Assembly (NCBI GenBank): GCA_036172245.1
Contig: JAYWIR010000008.1
Span: 806,001-870,000, forward strand
DNA from: Raillietiella orientalis
Taxonomy: Eukaryota
Length of the DNA stretch: 64,000 nucleotides
Direction of reading: 5' to 3'
In this document: in pieces, positions 1 to 11,389 of the stretch
Numbering within the stretch: position 1 is the first letter of the stretch
How the letters are laid out: each line of letters opens with the position of its first letter
Position numbers and translations under genes: made by a program
Notes under the pieces: model-generated
Seen by the model: the letters and a program-made list of their open reading frames with translations, nothing else
Told to the model about the DNA's origin: nothing
Databases searched by the model: none

Positions 1-599
1 GAGCTAGAGAAAAAGAATTTACTAATTCGTTTTTAAAGTGCAGATACAGATCTATATGATGCGAACAAAACAAAATGCAAACGATAATCCACAAAAGTGC
101 TGTAAAAGTGTCATGATCTTCGTGCTTTAATTTCTCTTTTTACATTTTCAATTCTGCAATGGCGTGCTCAAACGTGCATGATGGAAAACTTTTAAGCACG
201 AGAAAATGAAACACTGCCTTTATTAATAAACTTTGGTGTTTACACTGTGGAACGTCTTCTAATTGTGAATATGCATGCAGCACAAATACTTCCTATCGTT
301 CATATACATCAATACACTTTCTAAATGAGAAAGACTTAACGGAATGCTAGAAGATGCCATGATTAAGCATGAATTTTAAGCAAGCGTGTAGGTGGGTTTG
401 TACCTACGTGAATGATAATCTTGATTGAAAAATGCTGTTTTCATGAACACATGTATAGATAGATACATTCGTATGTATCTGTGTATGAAATTGTCAATGT
501 TCTAATGACACCTACGTCTACAGCACATATAAACTCTTTAGTCTGTTAAAATTCCTTTTATAACCGACGATTCGCTATGCTTTTTCCTCGGTTCCATTC

Positions 600-2490
600 G
601 GGATTCGGGAGTTCAGTTTTCCTGAATAGAAGTTTTCCGATTTCCTGACACTACTGAGATCAACCCCTTTGGTTGTTCCAAACTATTGAAATCTGACATA
701 AAGAGTTCTTCCTTGCTTGCCCATGAGAGTCGCTCAAATGCAATACTTTTCCAATAAGTCAACTAACGCCTTCGGAATCTTTGAATCCTCACCAGTCCAA
801 GTACGGCGTAAATGCATACATCGCCTATGGTGCCCCGGAGTTTCGCAACTTTGTAGGTTTACTCATTGTATACACTAGCCCTTTCCTTCGTGAACAGCTG
901 AGGATACGTTCCGTTGGGTCGGTTGTGCAGTAGGATGGCATTGATGAAAGGTTAAAAATGCACTGTAAAATGGCACAGCGCTGGATTATTTCACTACTTC
1001 GCCTCAAAACAAAAAGTAAAAACGTTAACAGCATTTCTTTACCAGTTAGCTTCAAATGGAAAAAACGGGGCTTCCGGACTTTGGTTGACACCAAATCATT
1101 CCTGCGGTTCTGGCGCTCTCCTGCTGCTGCTACCGGAAACGCTCAAATCTGCTCAAATCAGGTGCTGGCGTTCCCTTTGACAGCACGAGTCGTCACGATG
1201 CCGCGTGGCCGGTCTGCCACCCGAGCGCGAGGACTGCCGCCATCTTTTTCTTTCCGTCGCGTCACGCGGATCCGCGTCGCACGGGATCTGCCGTATATTT
1301 TTTTCAATAATGGCAAGCCTGCGAAAAACATATTCCGGAACTAAGGGCAGCCTCCCACCTTATGCATTAAAGACACCGCATTAATACTAGTGGAGACAGA
1401 GTAACACATACCCGTTTCATTTACAAGATCACCATATTCCAAGAAATGTTCCTCCACCTGTGGTCAAGATTTCGATGCGTGGCTTTTTTTTTTTTTTTTG
1501 AATCAACAGAAGCTGAGACGATAATCATTGTTTTTGAACCGCCGTTTCAGTCGAGTTTTGCCCCGTTACAGCGGTCATTTTCAACAGAAATGGAGCGAGT
1601 GCACACCGACGCACCCATGCGTTTGCATCGCACATGAATTCAATTAAGTCGGTGAAGACCTCTTGTGCCATGTGTTACCACCACCCCATTGGCATCAACC
1701 TCAGAATCAGTCGCGTCGACTTGGTTCATCAGTCGCACGAATCTTTCTTCCGCTCACGTCCCTGTTCTCGCTGCATAATGGCTGCATGTGTTCCTTTTCA
1801 GGAGTCGGACGTTGGAACGAATATCTTCCAGTTCAGATCTGGGAACGCAGCTAAATCCAGGCAAGGTGTGCCTCATCAATCCTTGGAAAAACTGCTCATT
1901 TTGGTGTAGAATTAAGATGACTCTTGACTTCCAAATTCAACCTCATTTCTCTTTACGGACCAAAACGAGGTCGCTGTTTACACAGTAGCACGCAGGCAAG
2001 AACTGCCATTGAAAAAAAACAAAAAACAAAATGCGATTCTGAAGGCAGCTTATCTTATTCCATTTTATTTTAAATTTAGCATTTAAATTATAGAAAAAAA
2101 AATTCAATCCAGCATTTCGTGAGCTAATGACACGAATGCGAAGGAATGCATCACGTTCTCCATCATTCAAGTGAGGAGAGGGTTTGCCCTGTCCTCCCTT
2201 TGACTTTTAGGAAAGTGCAACAAAAGTGTTGAGTTGCTGGCAGATGTTTCCTATCGACTAAGAATCTGTGGATGCAGCATTTTCCTTCGTGTTTGATTTC
2301 TCACCGCTCGAAACATGATTCCGTTAATGCAAAATCTATTTCCCTCTCGTGGTTGGCATCCTCTGAGATGACCAACAGGAGCAGATCGATATCGTCATTC
2401 TGCCTTAGATCCAGTTTGCAAGCATCGATGACGCAGTAGTGGAAGTTCTTGGACAGTTAAAGACTCTTTCCGGAAATCCGCTGCTCGTAC
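600..2490 (-). mobile_element. Decayed PIF/Harbinger (HARBI1/DDE_Tnp_4-like) transposase, probably intron-split
   Basis: Minus-strand motifs occur in the expected order across stops and frameshifts: DACKLDLR..DLLL and EIKHEGKCCIHRFL (~2430-2250; cf. FR..F..LL / AI..E.KL.I.LRFL), AAFPD..KGTHAAI (~1850-1776; cf. GFP..IDGTHI), QIPCDAD (~1290-1270), VLALGW..G..H.D (~1234-1190; cf. V.AGWPGS.HD), YPQLFT..YN..KVAKLRGTI..G..RFR (~908-770). Identified by eye; no TIR pair found. Confidence 0.4.
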
Positions 2491-2518
2491 GAAGTGTACA
2501 CGCTTCGTTCACCACGAA

Positions 2519-2520
<2 letters not shown>

Positions 2521-2549
<29 letters not shown>
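2521..2549 (+). repeat. Poly-T tract (T29)
   Basis: Read directly from the sequence. Confidence 0.95.
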
Positions 2550-2883
2550 CTTGTTGTGCATTTTCCATTCAAGACTTTTCAAGAACGTTTCGGAAGTAGA
2601 AAAGAAGCCAAGCAGTAAACTCGCATTTAAATTTCCAAAGAAATTTGGTCCAGAAAGTTTTTCGGTCTTTTGTCTTTCAAAGTGTAAGGTTGGCTCTTGC
2701 TATTTTTGCAGGGACCGGTTTGCAAAAAAAATGAAAATAAAAATGAGGAGTGTGCCACAATTTACACACATGTATCGGCATCTATTCCCACCTCGTTCCG
2801 TGTCGTTGTGAGCGTTTATTGTAAATCGAATTTCGAAAAGTATGTCGATGAATAATGTCATTACCCGAATAATGCTGTCGACT

Positions 2884-3520
2884 TTAGATTTTGGAGACGT
2901 TAGTCATCGGATCGTCGTTGATCCTTGGTAAAGAGATAATACGCCAACATTTGCACACGGGAATACACTCGCGCAGCTTCATTTTTCTCTGTTCGCAAAA
3001 GCCCTCTCTTCGAAGCACTGAAATCTCACTGGCATCCTTGGGCGCCACTCGGGCCATCTCGCCAGCAAACACACGGAGCTCAGTCTGGACGCACGCAGAA
3101 AGTCTTTTCCAGCCTCCGGGGATCGCCCTTAAAGTACGCCGCCGCCTCGTGGGTCGAAGCGGTCCGTGGGTTCAAAGGCGGCCCAGGCGCAGTCAGCTCC
3201 CTACAGGTGCGTCTTCGACGAGGCGACCACACCTGTTCGCCTCGCCTTCACGCCGGCCTCTTGGCTGCGTCCGAAGGAGAGGCGCCGCCCTTCCGAAAGA
3301 CGGACCGTCTCGAACACGATTGAATGCTTAATCGATCGGCGAAGGAGAAAGCAGCCCTGCAGCAGGAGAGCTTGGAACCGAAGACGCTGCTGACGTGATC
3401 GATTCGCTGAACTTGACTTTTTGGTACTTCTTGATCGCTTACTGCAAGACGCGGTTTGTGGTACGCCCTGGCAGTCACGTGACTGGAGACGAAGCGTCTT
3501 GTTCGGCGTAGGTAAGGACG
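2884..3520 (-). pseudogene. Decayed Myb/MADF-like DNA-binding gene, probable partner ORF of the adjacent Harbinger fossil
   Basis: PGRTTNRVLQ*AIKKYQKVK (~3470-3411) resembles RT..(K)W..LK..Y.K.K. FSFADRLS resembles the MADF W.Y.D.LSFL end. ELRVFAGEMARVAP..KMKL resembles a BESS-like tail. AATAAA follows on the same strand near 2820. Weak, by eye. Confidence 0.3.
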
Positions 3521-4299
3521 AAGTGTCTGTGGTGTTTGCGACGCTTTTTTTTTTTTTTTCTTTTTCTTTCTCCTTTGTTTGTTTGTTTGTTTCTTTTCAC
3601 GCGTGCCAGGTATGTTCCCAAAAGTACTCTCGGCTCTTTAGCTGTTGAGAGCGTTAAGGAAACGTCGGAATCGAAGGAAAACGGCAGAGGAAAACGGAAG
3701 AGAACGAAGAAGACGGAATGAAAGGGGAGGGGAAAGCAACAAGGAGAAAGAACAGGAACGCAAACAACATTCCGAATGGAAACGTTCGGTCTCTCAGGCT
3801 TCTTGAGGCGGCCGTGACGGGTTTGGAAGTCGAAACCAGTGCACGCGTGAGCTTGCATCGTTACTCGTACTTTCTTGGGCCGACGCCGTCGGTCGAAGGA
3901 TGCACAACGTGGTGGGTGGGTGCGGAGTCTGGGTGGCGCGCAGCACCGAGTTCCGCGCGCCGCGTGGATCCCGTCCGAAAGGAAGGGGAATGGGAGGGGG
4001 GAAAGCGGAAACCTCTACGGGGTCCCTCTGTGGAGCCCGCGCGCAGAGATTTCGCCGCCGCAGCCTGACGGAATTTCGCTTCCCCACCGGACCAGAACGA
4101 AGAGAGGCGAGCAAGCGCGCGCGAGAGAGGGTGCCGCTCTAGCGCTGGCCACGGTCCGACGGTCTCGTCCCCTTTGTCTACCGGAAGCCGGTGTTTTCCT
4201 GGACGCCGCATTGTCTTTCGTCACCTGTGGCGTTCCACTGCTGCTGCTGCATGCCTGAGTCACCCCCAATTTCTGCTGCTGCTCTTTCCGTTTCGGCCT

Positions 4300-7200
4300 T
4301 TTCCCTCTGCTTGGGTTGGAGCAATCCATAAATTCCGACTCGAAATTTGCATTTTTCGAAGCTCAAGATCAAAAGGCTGCTTTCGTGGACATCACCGCTC
4401 TTGGCCAAGGGTCTTTTTCTTTCTTCCTTTCCTCTTCCCTCCCTCCCGGGTCGGTGACGCACGGAGACGGGGGGAAAGTAAGAAACGTTACGCGCTCATT
4501 TGAATTTCGACCGCCCGCCGGGCGATCCGAACGACGCCGCTCCCGCTGGGCGGCGCCGCGCCTGGGCCGCGCGCAGAGACGGAGCGCGCTCCCCCGCGTT
4601 CGCCGTGCTCCACTGTGGTCCGCGGTGTCTCGGAAGACCGCCAACGGCTCTCCGAATTCCATCGAGCCTCTTTCTCAGTGCGGCCCCGTGCGGTCGGTCG
4701 CGTGTCTTCTTTTCTTCCCCTTCACTCCGTTTCCCGCCTTCCTCTCGCTCCCGGCTCAGGGTTGCCAGCTGCTTTTCGCCTCCGGTCGCTCTTCCGCTTT
4801 CGAAACGTTCCCCCGTGGCCAGCGACCCTCCAGCCGGGAGGCGAGGATCCGCAGGGATTATCTGGAGGACCGACTGACGAGGATGCTCGCGAGCGCCCCA
4901 GGCAGCGCGGTCGTGGCTGGCCCCGTAGCGTTCCCGCCGGAATGAGCCCCTCGAAAGAGGCGGTCCGGACGAGCGAGCCGACCCTCCCTCCCTTCCCACC
5001 CCTGCGCCGCGCGGAATTGTGGTCGGGAGAGAAGCTGCAGGAGACGAGGGAAAAGGAAGGATGGATGGGAGCCCAGGACGGGGGAAGGAGGGGGGAGAGG
5101 AGGAGGCGTGAACTTCCCGTGCTGAGTCGGCTTGGCGCAGGGGAGGGGAGGAGGATCACTGGGCTCGATCTCTTTCTCCCTGCCCCTCCCTCGGCCGTTC
5201 CGCTGGCCGCGGGAAACCGCAGGCGGACGGAGCTTCGTCCCCGAGTGGGAAGCACGGGGTTCCTGGCTTCGCCGGGCGTCCACCTGCCTCAGGAGAGGCT
5301 TCAAGTGGTCGTGACCGGGCGGGGGATGAAAGGGGGCGTGCGCGAAGGAGAGAGTCACGGGGAGGGGGGAAGGGATGATAGGGGGGAGTGAAGAGGACGG
5401 GGTAGACTCTGGACGTGTCTCGTTCCAGCTGGACTCGCGGACGTCGTCTTCGGCTGCCCGGGGAAGGACGGAGGCGCCCGCGGAAGAGGACGATCCATTG
5501 GCTCCGCCCGGTCGGGAGTGGCGGCGGCGGCCGACGTTCCCGTCCTTGGCGAGCGATGCCTCCCTCCGGGACCTCCACTGTTACCACCCCTGTCTGGGGG
5601 GATACGACGGCAGGAGCCCCCGAACCCGCCTCCCGCCGATCGAAGAAATTCGGGGGAGGGTGCACGTAGCGCGCGCGGAGGAGACGCGGGGAGCGGGTGG
5701 GGCGACGACGGAGTGCCTTCCGGACCTCCCCCGCTGCTGTGGAGGGGCGGCTCCCCGTAGCAGTAGCCCTATCCCCGCGCTGGCCCCTGCTTCCCTCCTT
5801 TCTGACGCTGACGGGGGTCCACACGGTTATCAGCGCGACTCGCGCGTCGCCCGCGCGGGGTCAGTGCCCGCGCGAGCGGAGTCGTCGGCACAGACGGACC
5901 CTGCGGCAGCCCCGGCTCCTCCCGCGGACCTCCGGGAGCCGCCGCCACCCGGTCCGCGTGGGGTCGATCGCGACTCTCCCCTCCCTTTCTACCTCCCGCC
6001 GCCTGCCCTCCCCGGCCACGCGGGCGCCCGCTGCGCCCGGCTCTCCCTGGCGATCCGCGGGGGGGACGTCGACGCGGCCGGAAGGCTGTTCCTGTCCGGG
6101 AGCACCCGTGCGACCTACTCTCAGAGGCTCATCGTCAAGAGCCGGCGGCGCCGGGGCCAGCGAGCCTCGGTCTTTCCGTGAGAGGCCGAGGACAGACTCT
6201 CCGGGGGCAGCGCGGTCGTGCCTTTCCTTTTTGCCTCCCCCCTTCTTCTACACAGAAAAAAAAAAGACACCTACGTACACGCATGGGCGCGCAGTCTCCT
6301 TGCCTCGCCCCCCGGTCGCCCCTCAGGGAGTGTAGCAGAGAGGGCGGAAAACATTTCGTGTGCCCCTCCCCCTCCCCCCAGCTCCGCGGCGACGACAGCT
6401 CCGTCTCGGACTGGTAGCAGATGAGGGAAGCCGCGGCCCACCTCCTTCCCGCCGCCGCCGCTATGGGGGGAAGAGAACGGGGGAAAAAACGCAACCTCCG
6501 TTTCCATCTCCCCCTTCCTTTCTTCTTCCATCCCGTCCCACGAGCTCACCGCCCACTTCTTCTGCCTTCCAGCGCGTGCCTGACCTGATCTCTGGAAGAG
6601 GACCGACTCCCCCTGCCCTTGGGAGATGCTGAGTCCTGGACTCCGACCTCGCAGGGGAAGACGGCGGCACGGGGATGGGGTGCGACCTCCCTGCCTTCCC
6701 AAGAGGCTCCAGTGAACGGAGGTTCCACCCCCTGACTACATGCTCCCGGCGGCGACCTTCCGGCCGATCCCCTGGAAACCGTGGAAACCCGCGGCCGCCG
6801 ACCTGAGGCCCCGCAGGCACGCGGAGCCTTCCCTGACCTTTGTAGAGCCCTACGTCGAGTCGTCCCTGCCTCACAGGTTCCCAGCCACTCTGAGGAGGAG
6901 GTCTTCCGGGGCTCCTCCTCCGGGATGCGGAGCGGCGTCCCGGCCTGGGCGCTGGCGCCTCCCTGCCGCCGCTCTGCCCTGCCCTAGCTCCAAGAACGAG
7001 GCCACCAGGTGAAGGAGACGGAAAATGGAAGGGAGGGGGGGAGGGGAGCCACCTCCACCCCTCTTCTTCCCCTGCTGCCTCCCGCGTCCAGTTTCCCCAC
7101 CGCCATCTCGCAGCGCGACGACGAAGCGACCCCCCCCCCCCCCATCCCCCTAGCGCCGCCGCCTCCGCGCACCATCGCGGAGCGCACACGAGAGAGGGGT

Positions 7201-9686
7201 TTGCGAAGCAACCGGAAGATGGCCGGCTGACCATTTTTGGTCGCGTTCAGATTTCCCTCCTTCTTTTCACCCTTCGTTCCGCTCCGCACCGGATCGGATC
7301 CCTTCCTCTCCTCTCCCTTCTTTCCAGGTTGTTGTTTTTTTTTCCACCCCTCCCTCCCTCTCTCCCAGCCCGCTCCTACCCCACATGAAAGCTCACCCCC
7401 GCTACCGCTCCTTCCGGGCCGTCCGGAACGCCGTCGCCTCGGCAACCCCCGGCTTCATTGCTGGCTGCTTTCAGGACGGCGCCGACGCCGAGATCGGAAG
7501 GGCCGCTGGACGGCGTTTCGGGAAGGCGGATGCGCATTGTCAGGAGGAACCCGCGTAACCCGGTAAACGGGTCTGGGATCGTCTCTCTTCTACTTCTGCT
7601 TTCCGGGAACCCGAGGGGAAGGGAATTCTGCCTCTCCCTCTCGCAGAGCCACGCGAAGACGTCCCAGGACAGGAGCGGACCTCCCGTGACGAGGGATCCT
7701 CCGGACCTCCAGAGCGCAGCGGCGACCACGAAGATGACCACCGCCGGCACCTTCACCTCCGGGCAAGAAGAGGACGGCGAGGAGCCGTTCCGTTCCTAAA
7801 TCTCGCCCCTGCCGCAAGTGGAAGACGGTCCTCGTCTGGCCTTTCCCTCTGGTCTTCCTGCCTCCTTATCCCTCCCCCCACGTCCACATCACTTATCGTG
7901 TGCGCCCCCAGGGGGACATGCACCCTCTTTCCTTCTCATCTGGGAACGGTGAAGGAGAGGTGAACGAGGGATCTCCCGGAAGTGACGGGAGCTTCCGATT
8001 CCGCGAGGCTGCCCGGCAACCGGCGGGCAACCCCGTGGTCGCTAACTCCTGTGAATCCAGGACCCCTCTCACCTCCCGGGATGCTGATCGGAGGTACCCA
8101 CTGCTGAGCGGAGGCCGGACGACTGTCCTTGAGCGGGGGAGCAGGACTCTTGGGACGATGACTACACGGGAGACCTCCCAGAGACGCGCGTCCCGCTAAC
8201 GTACACCTGGGATCCCCATTCTGCCTTCGTCCGCCCTCTTCCCCTTCCCTGAGGCTCTTCGACGGAGAAAGATCGGAGGGGGATGGATGGGGCAGAAGGT
8301 TCTTCCGGAGATCGCGGAGCGACAAGAGGAAGGACGAGCAAGGAGGAGAAGGAGGAAGCTGACCCCACTCGGCGAACGGCGGTGTTAAAGGGACATCTAG
8401 CCAACGTTCCCTCTCACTTGAGAGATCCCCCTCCGATCCCAGGGAAAACTCTCCTTGAGGAATCCTCCGTGGGTCTTGCGACGGAGCCCTCCCCATGGCA
8501 AAGCTCGCGTTCGAATCCTATATCTTCCTCGGAAATATCACATGCTCGGATTTTTCCGTGCAGTTTCATTTCCCCCCACGGGCAACTGACTGCTTGTTGC
8601 GGAGCTTCAGGCGATGGCGGTACCGCAGCAGCAGGAGCAGCAAGGATCGAGGATTGGTCTGCTTATTCCTAGGTGCCTTGACCTATCGGCCTTGCATCCC
8701 CGAGCTTCACTTCGAGGATGGTGGTTCAGGGAGGAACCAGGAGTTCCGTGACGGGAAAGGCAGGATGCGTGGAAGATTCTTTCCAGAGAGGCAAGAGGCC
8801 AACTTCCTGTTGGGCGTGCCAGAGGGCAAGGAAGAAACTGGCAGCGACGTCGTTGCGCAGGCTCAGCCTTGCCGCCGTGTCAGATGTAGCCAGGTTGCAA
8901 TCTGCCTCCCATCCTCTCGACCGCAATTCTGTCCTCGGAACGCCCGCCATGGAGGCAGAACGCCATTCCAAAGTGCGTGCGTGGTGCGCCTCGTGACCAA
9001 AGCTGTGGCTCCCACGGCCGCCAAATGCGCTTTCAGAAGGGAACCGGCAAAAGACGTCAGCGATGAATAGCGTTGAATGACGGAGGTGGAATTGGAAAGA
9101 AAGCTGCGACAAATCATCTTGAAAGGCCGAGACTGAGATCCGTATTTCCCAAAGGAGAGTTCAAGCGAGAGAGTTCTGCCTGCCTCAAGCGGGACGACAC
9201 GAGGATCTCCAACAATTCAATCAATCGGTTCGAGCAAATTTTCGCAAATCAATCGCGGGTCAAGGATTTTCGATGAATAGAACAGAGTTTCGGGTGTTTC
9301 CGAACGAGAAGGGAAGCCTGGAGCTCCAGTTCTCCATTTTAAGGAACTGGAAGCTCCCTTCCAGTTCTGTGGATGAAGCTCGGCAAAGACCTGTTTATGG
9401 GCACATTATCTTCAGGGCTCCACGGACACTAGATAAATCCCAGGCCTGACAACGTTGAATAAATAATAAACCCCTTTTATCAAAGGCAAACTCCACCAGA
9501 ATCTGCCAGGGATAGAGCTTCCTTTTTACGCCTAGTGTTCAACTAAAGACCTTTGAGGGTCCCTCCTGCTCTCTAGATTTTTCCTCACATCAATGCAGTG
9601 ATGGAACACACGAACTCTTGAGACGAATCCATTTCGTAATCACGGAGGGAGTACAGTAGAAAATGAAGAATGAATGAGGGAAGGGG
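4300..9686 (+). mobile_element. Near-complete internal region of an ancient Ty3/Gypsy LTR retrotransposon (Mag/K02A2.6-like): gag-PR-RT-RH-IN, all inactivated
   Basis: Ordered vestiges. Gag: FFEAQDQKAAFV..ALGQGSF (~4352). Protease: GRVSFQLDS (~5410). RT: GRLFLSGSTRATYSQRLIV (~6080; cf. G.IRICGDYK.TVN..L.V), PTYTHG..RPP..PQGV (~6270), DD at 6391-6396. RNase H: APPPGCGAA, SQRDDEA, ADH (~7226), RLHCWLL. Integrase: VHLG, EISHARIFP, FLGALTYRPCIP (~8670). A purine tract GAGGGAAGGGG at 9676-9686 fits a PPT. Confidence 0.7.
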
Positions 9687-10730
9687 TCAAGGTTCATTTA
9701 TATCTTCCACAGTGAAGTGACAAAAAAAGGTTTTTATATATATATATCTGCTACGATCAGCGTCCACTGCCTAGACAGAAAATCAAAGACATGTTTGGAT
9801 AATCCAGACGATGAGAGTTGGGAAAAATTGGTTTGCTCACCCAGTTTTGGATTCCAGATGCTTGTAATCCCGGAATTCTCAACAAGAATAGAAAACTCAC
9901 GGTCAGAAATTATGGTGGTGAATGAAAATTAGTGGATCTATCATAATTTACTATGATCAATGCACTAATTTTTCATTTCCAAAAGTTTCGATCCATATGA
10001 TGCATGAATGCTTCAGCATGATTCTCATTCAGAGTTCCAGAAATTTACATCCTCATTAATCTCGATCTGAGTCTATTCTTTGTGGGGAAATTCAGAATAG
10101 AGAAGAAAGTTCTTACTAATGCCAATACCAAACAAAACAACAAATGTATATGCTTGCATGAAGTCTGAAAGTGCCGGTTATCGTTTTCGAATAATCACTA
10201 ATTTGTCAGATCCGATATACTTGAAAAATAAGTACTCATCTTTTAAACAAGAAAACACTTTAGGACAGTTCAGAGTGCGTGACAATCCTGAATCTCGTGT
10301 GGGACCTAAAATCCTAATGAAGGAGCCTAATGAACAGTGATCTAATCGTTCTCAAATCGAAAATCATCCCAAATCGAAAAAACAGTTAACATTAGCATTA
10401 AATCAACATTAGTCCGGGATTCTAGTTTTCTGATGAATTTTACCAGTGTGTTATTTTTTGCTTAGTTTGAAGTTGGTATTCACCATGTTGGAGTCCTGTT
10501 CTCTGCAATGTAAAAAGTGCGGGTAAACGCATTCTTTTGTGTCAAAGTACGCCGTTTGCTTCAAAGGTGGTCGGTAAATCCATTTTGTTTTGCTATGGAT
10601 AGTGAGGAATTTTTACCAAAATAGTGATTCAAAAGCAGGAATGAGCATCCAATTGGTAATTTTGTAAAGAACCACTGCTTGCTCTGATGAAAAATGCCCG
10701 TGTGTTTTAGACCGAAATTTTCAGCATACC

Positions 10731-11105
10731 ATGTCGACCAATGACGAAGACGAAATTTTGATTTTTGTTGAGTTAGTTGGTCTCACCAATAAAAATGTCT
10801 TGAATTTTGATGAGAATACAGTGAAATTCCTCGGTCTTGAGACGGAAAAGCCCATTCTACAAATCTCAGATCAGATATTCGAAGGACAGTATGAAGACGT
10901 TATGGGCACAGCAGTATTTTTGGAAGAAGTTACTAAAGAGCCTACAACTGATAAAGGTCAGCTCTCTATCAAGAAAGAACCCGAAAGCTCAAGGAGTTTA
11001 GCATATTACAACAAAACCAATAAGAAGTTAGTAATGAAAAGAATTTTCATAAAAGCAAAAAATGAAGAAGAGCTGATGGATGTGTGTGCGGATGAACACA
11101 AATAA
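10731..11105 (+). CDS. GTF3C6: General transcription factor IIIC subunit 6 (TFIIIC35-like), 124 aa, single-exon CDS
   Basis: Intact ORF with ACCATG start context. It has an acidic N-terminus with LIFVELVG, the TFIIIC_sub6 core KFLGLETEKPILQISDQIFEGQYEDVMGTAVFLEE, and the C-terminal YYNKTNKKLVMKRIFIK motif typical of this family. Amino-acid composition is normal, unlike the GC-rich ORFs. Confidence 0.9.
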   Translation: MSTNDEDEILIFVELVGLTNKNVLNFDENTVKFLGLETEKPILQISDQIFEGQYEDVMGTAVFLEEVTKEPTTDKGQLSIKKEPESSRSLAYYNKTNKKLVMKRIFIKAKNEEELMDVCADEHK

Positions 11106-11372
11106 TATGGAATAACTTGGATGAATTTTCAATTATCGATTACAGATGTGCCCGTGATACAAGCTAACTCAATTTTTTTGTGTCATTTGTTCATAAAAAG
11201 GCTATTGAAAGCTCAGTAAACATGATCAATTTAAATTTTGAACTGAAGTTGGGTTTGTTTTCTTTACATTCTAATTCATCTGCCATGCCTTGACAGAGCC
11301 GGCATTTATTAATTGTATCTTCATGGTAGTCTTCATATTGAAGATATACTTGCATTCAAAATTTTAGAAAAG

Positions 11373-11389
11373 AAAAAAAAAAAAAAAAA
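11373..11389 (+). repeat. Poly-A tract in the presumed 3' UTR of GTF3C6
   Basis: Read directly from the sequence. Confidence 0.85.

Noticed and set aside
233..248. GGTGTTTACACTG as a Harbinger terminal inverted repeat
   Set aside because: No complementary copy was found at the other end of the element.
9770..10120. Minus-strand splice-like signals suggesting a gene divergent from GTF3C6
   Set aside because: The joined micro-exons give only a short, unrecognisable peptide. Such signals arise readily in AT-rich DNA, and the region may be LTR-derived.
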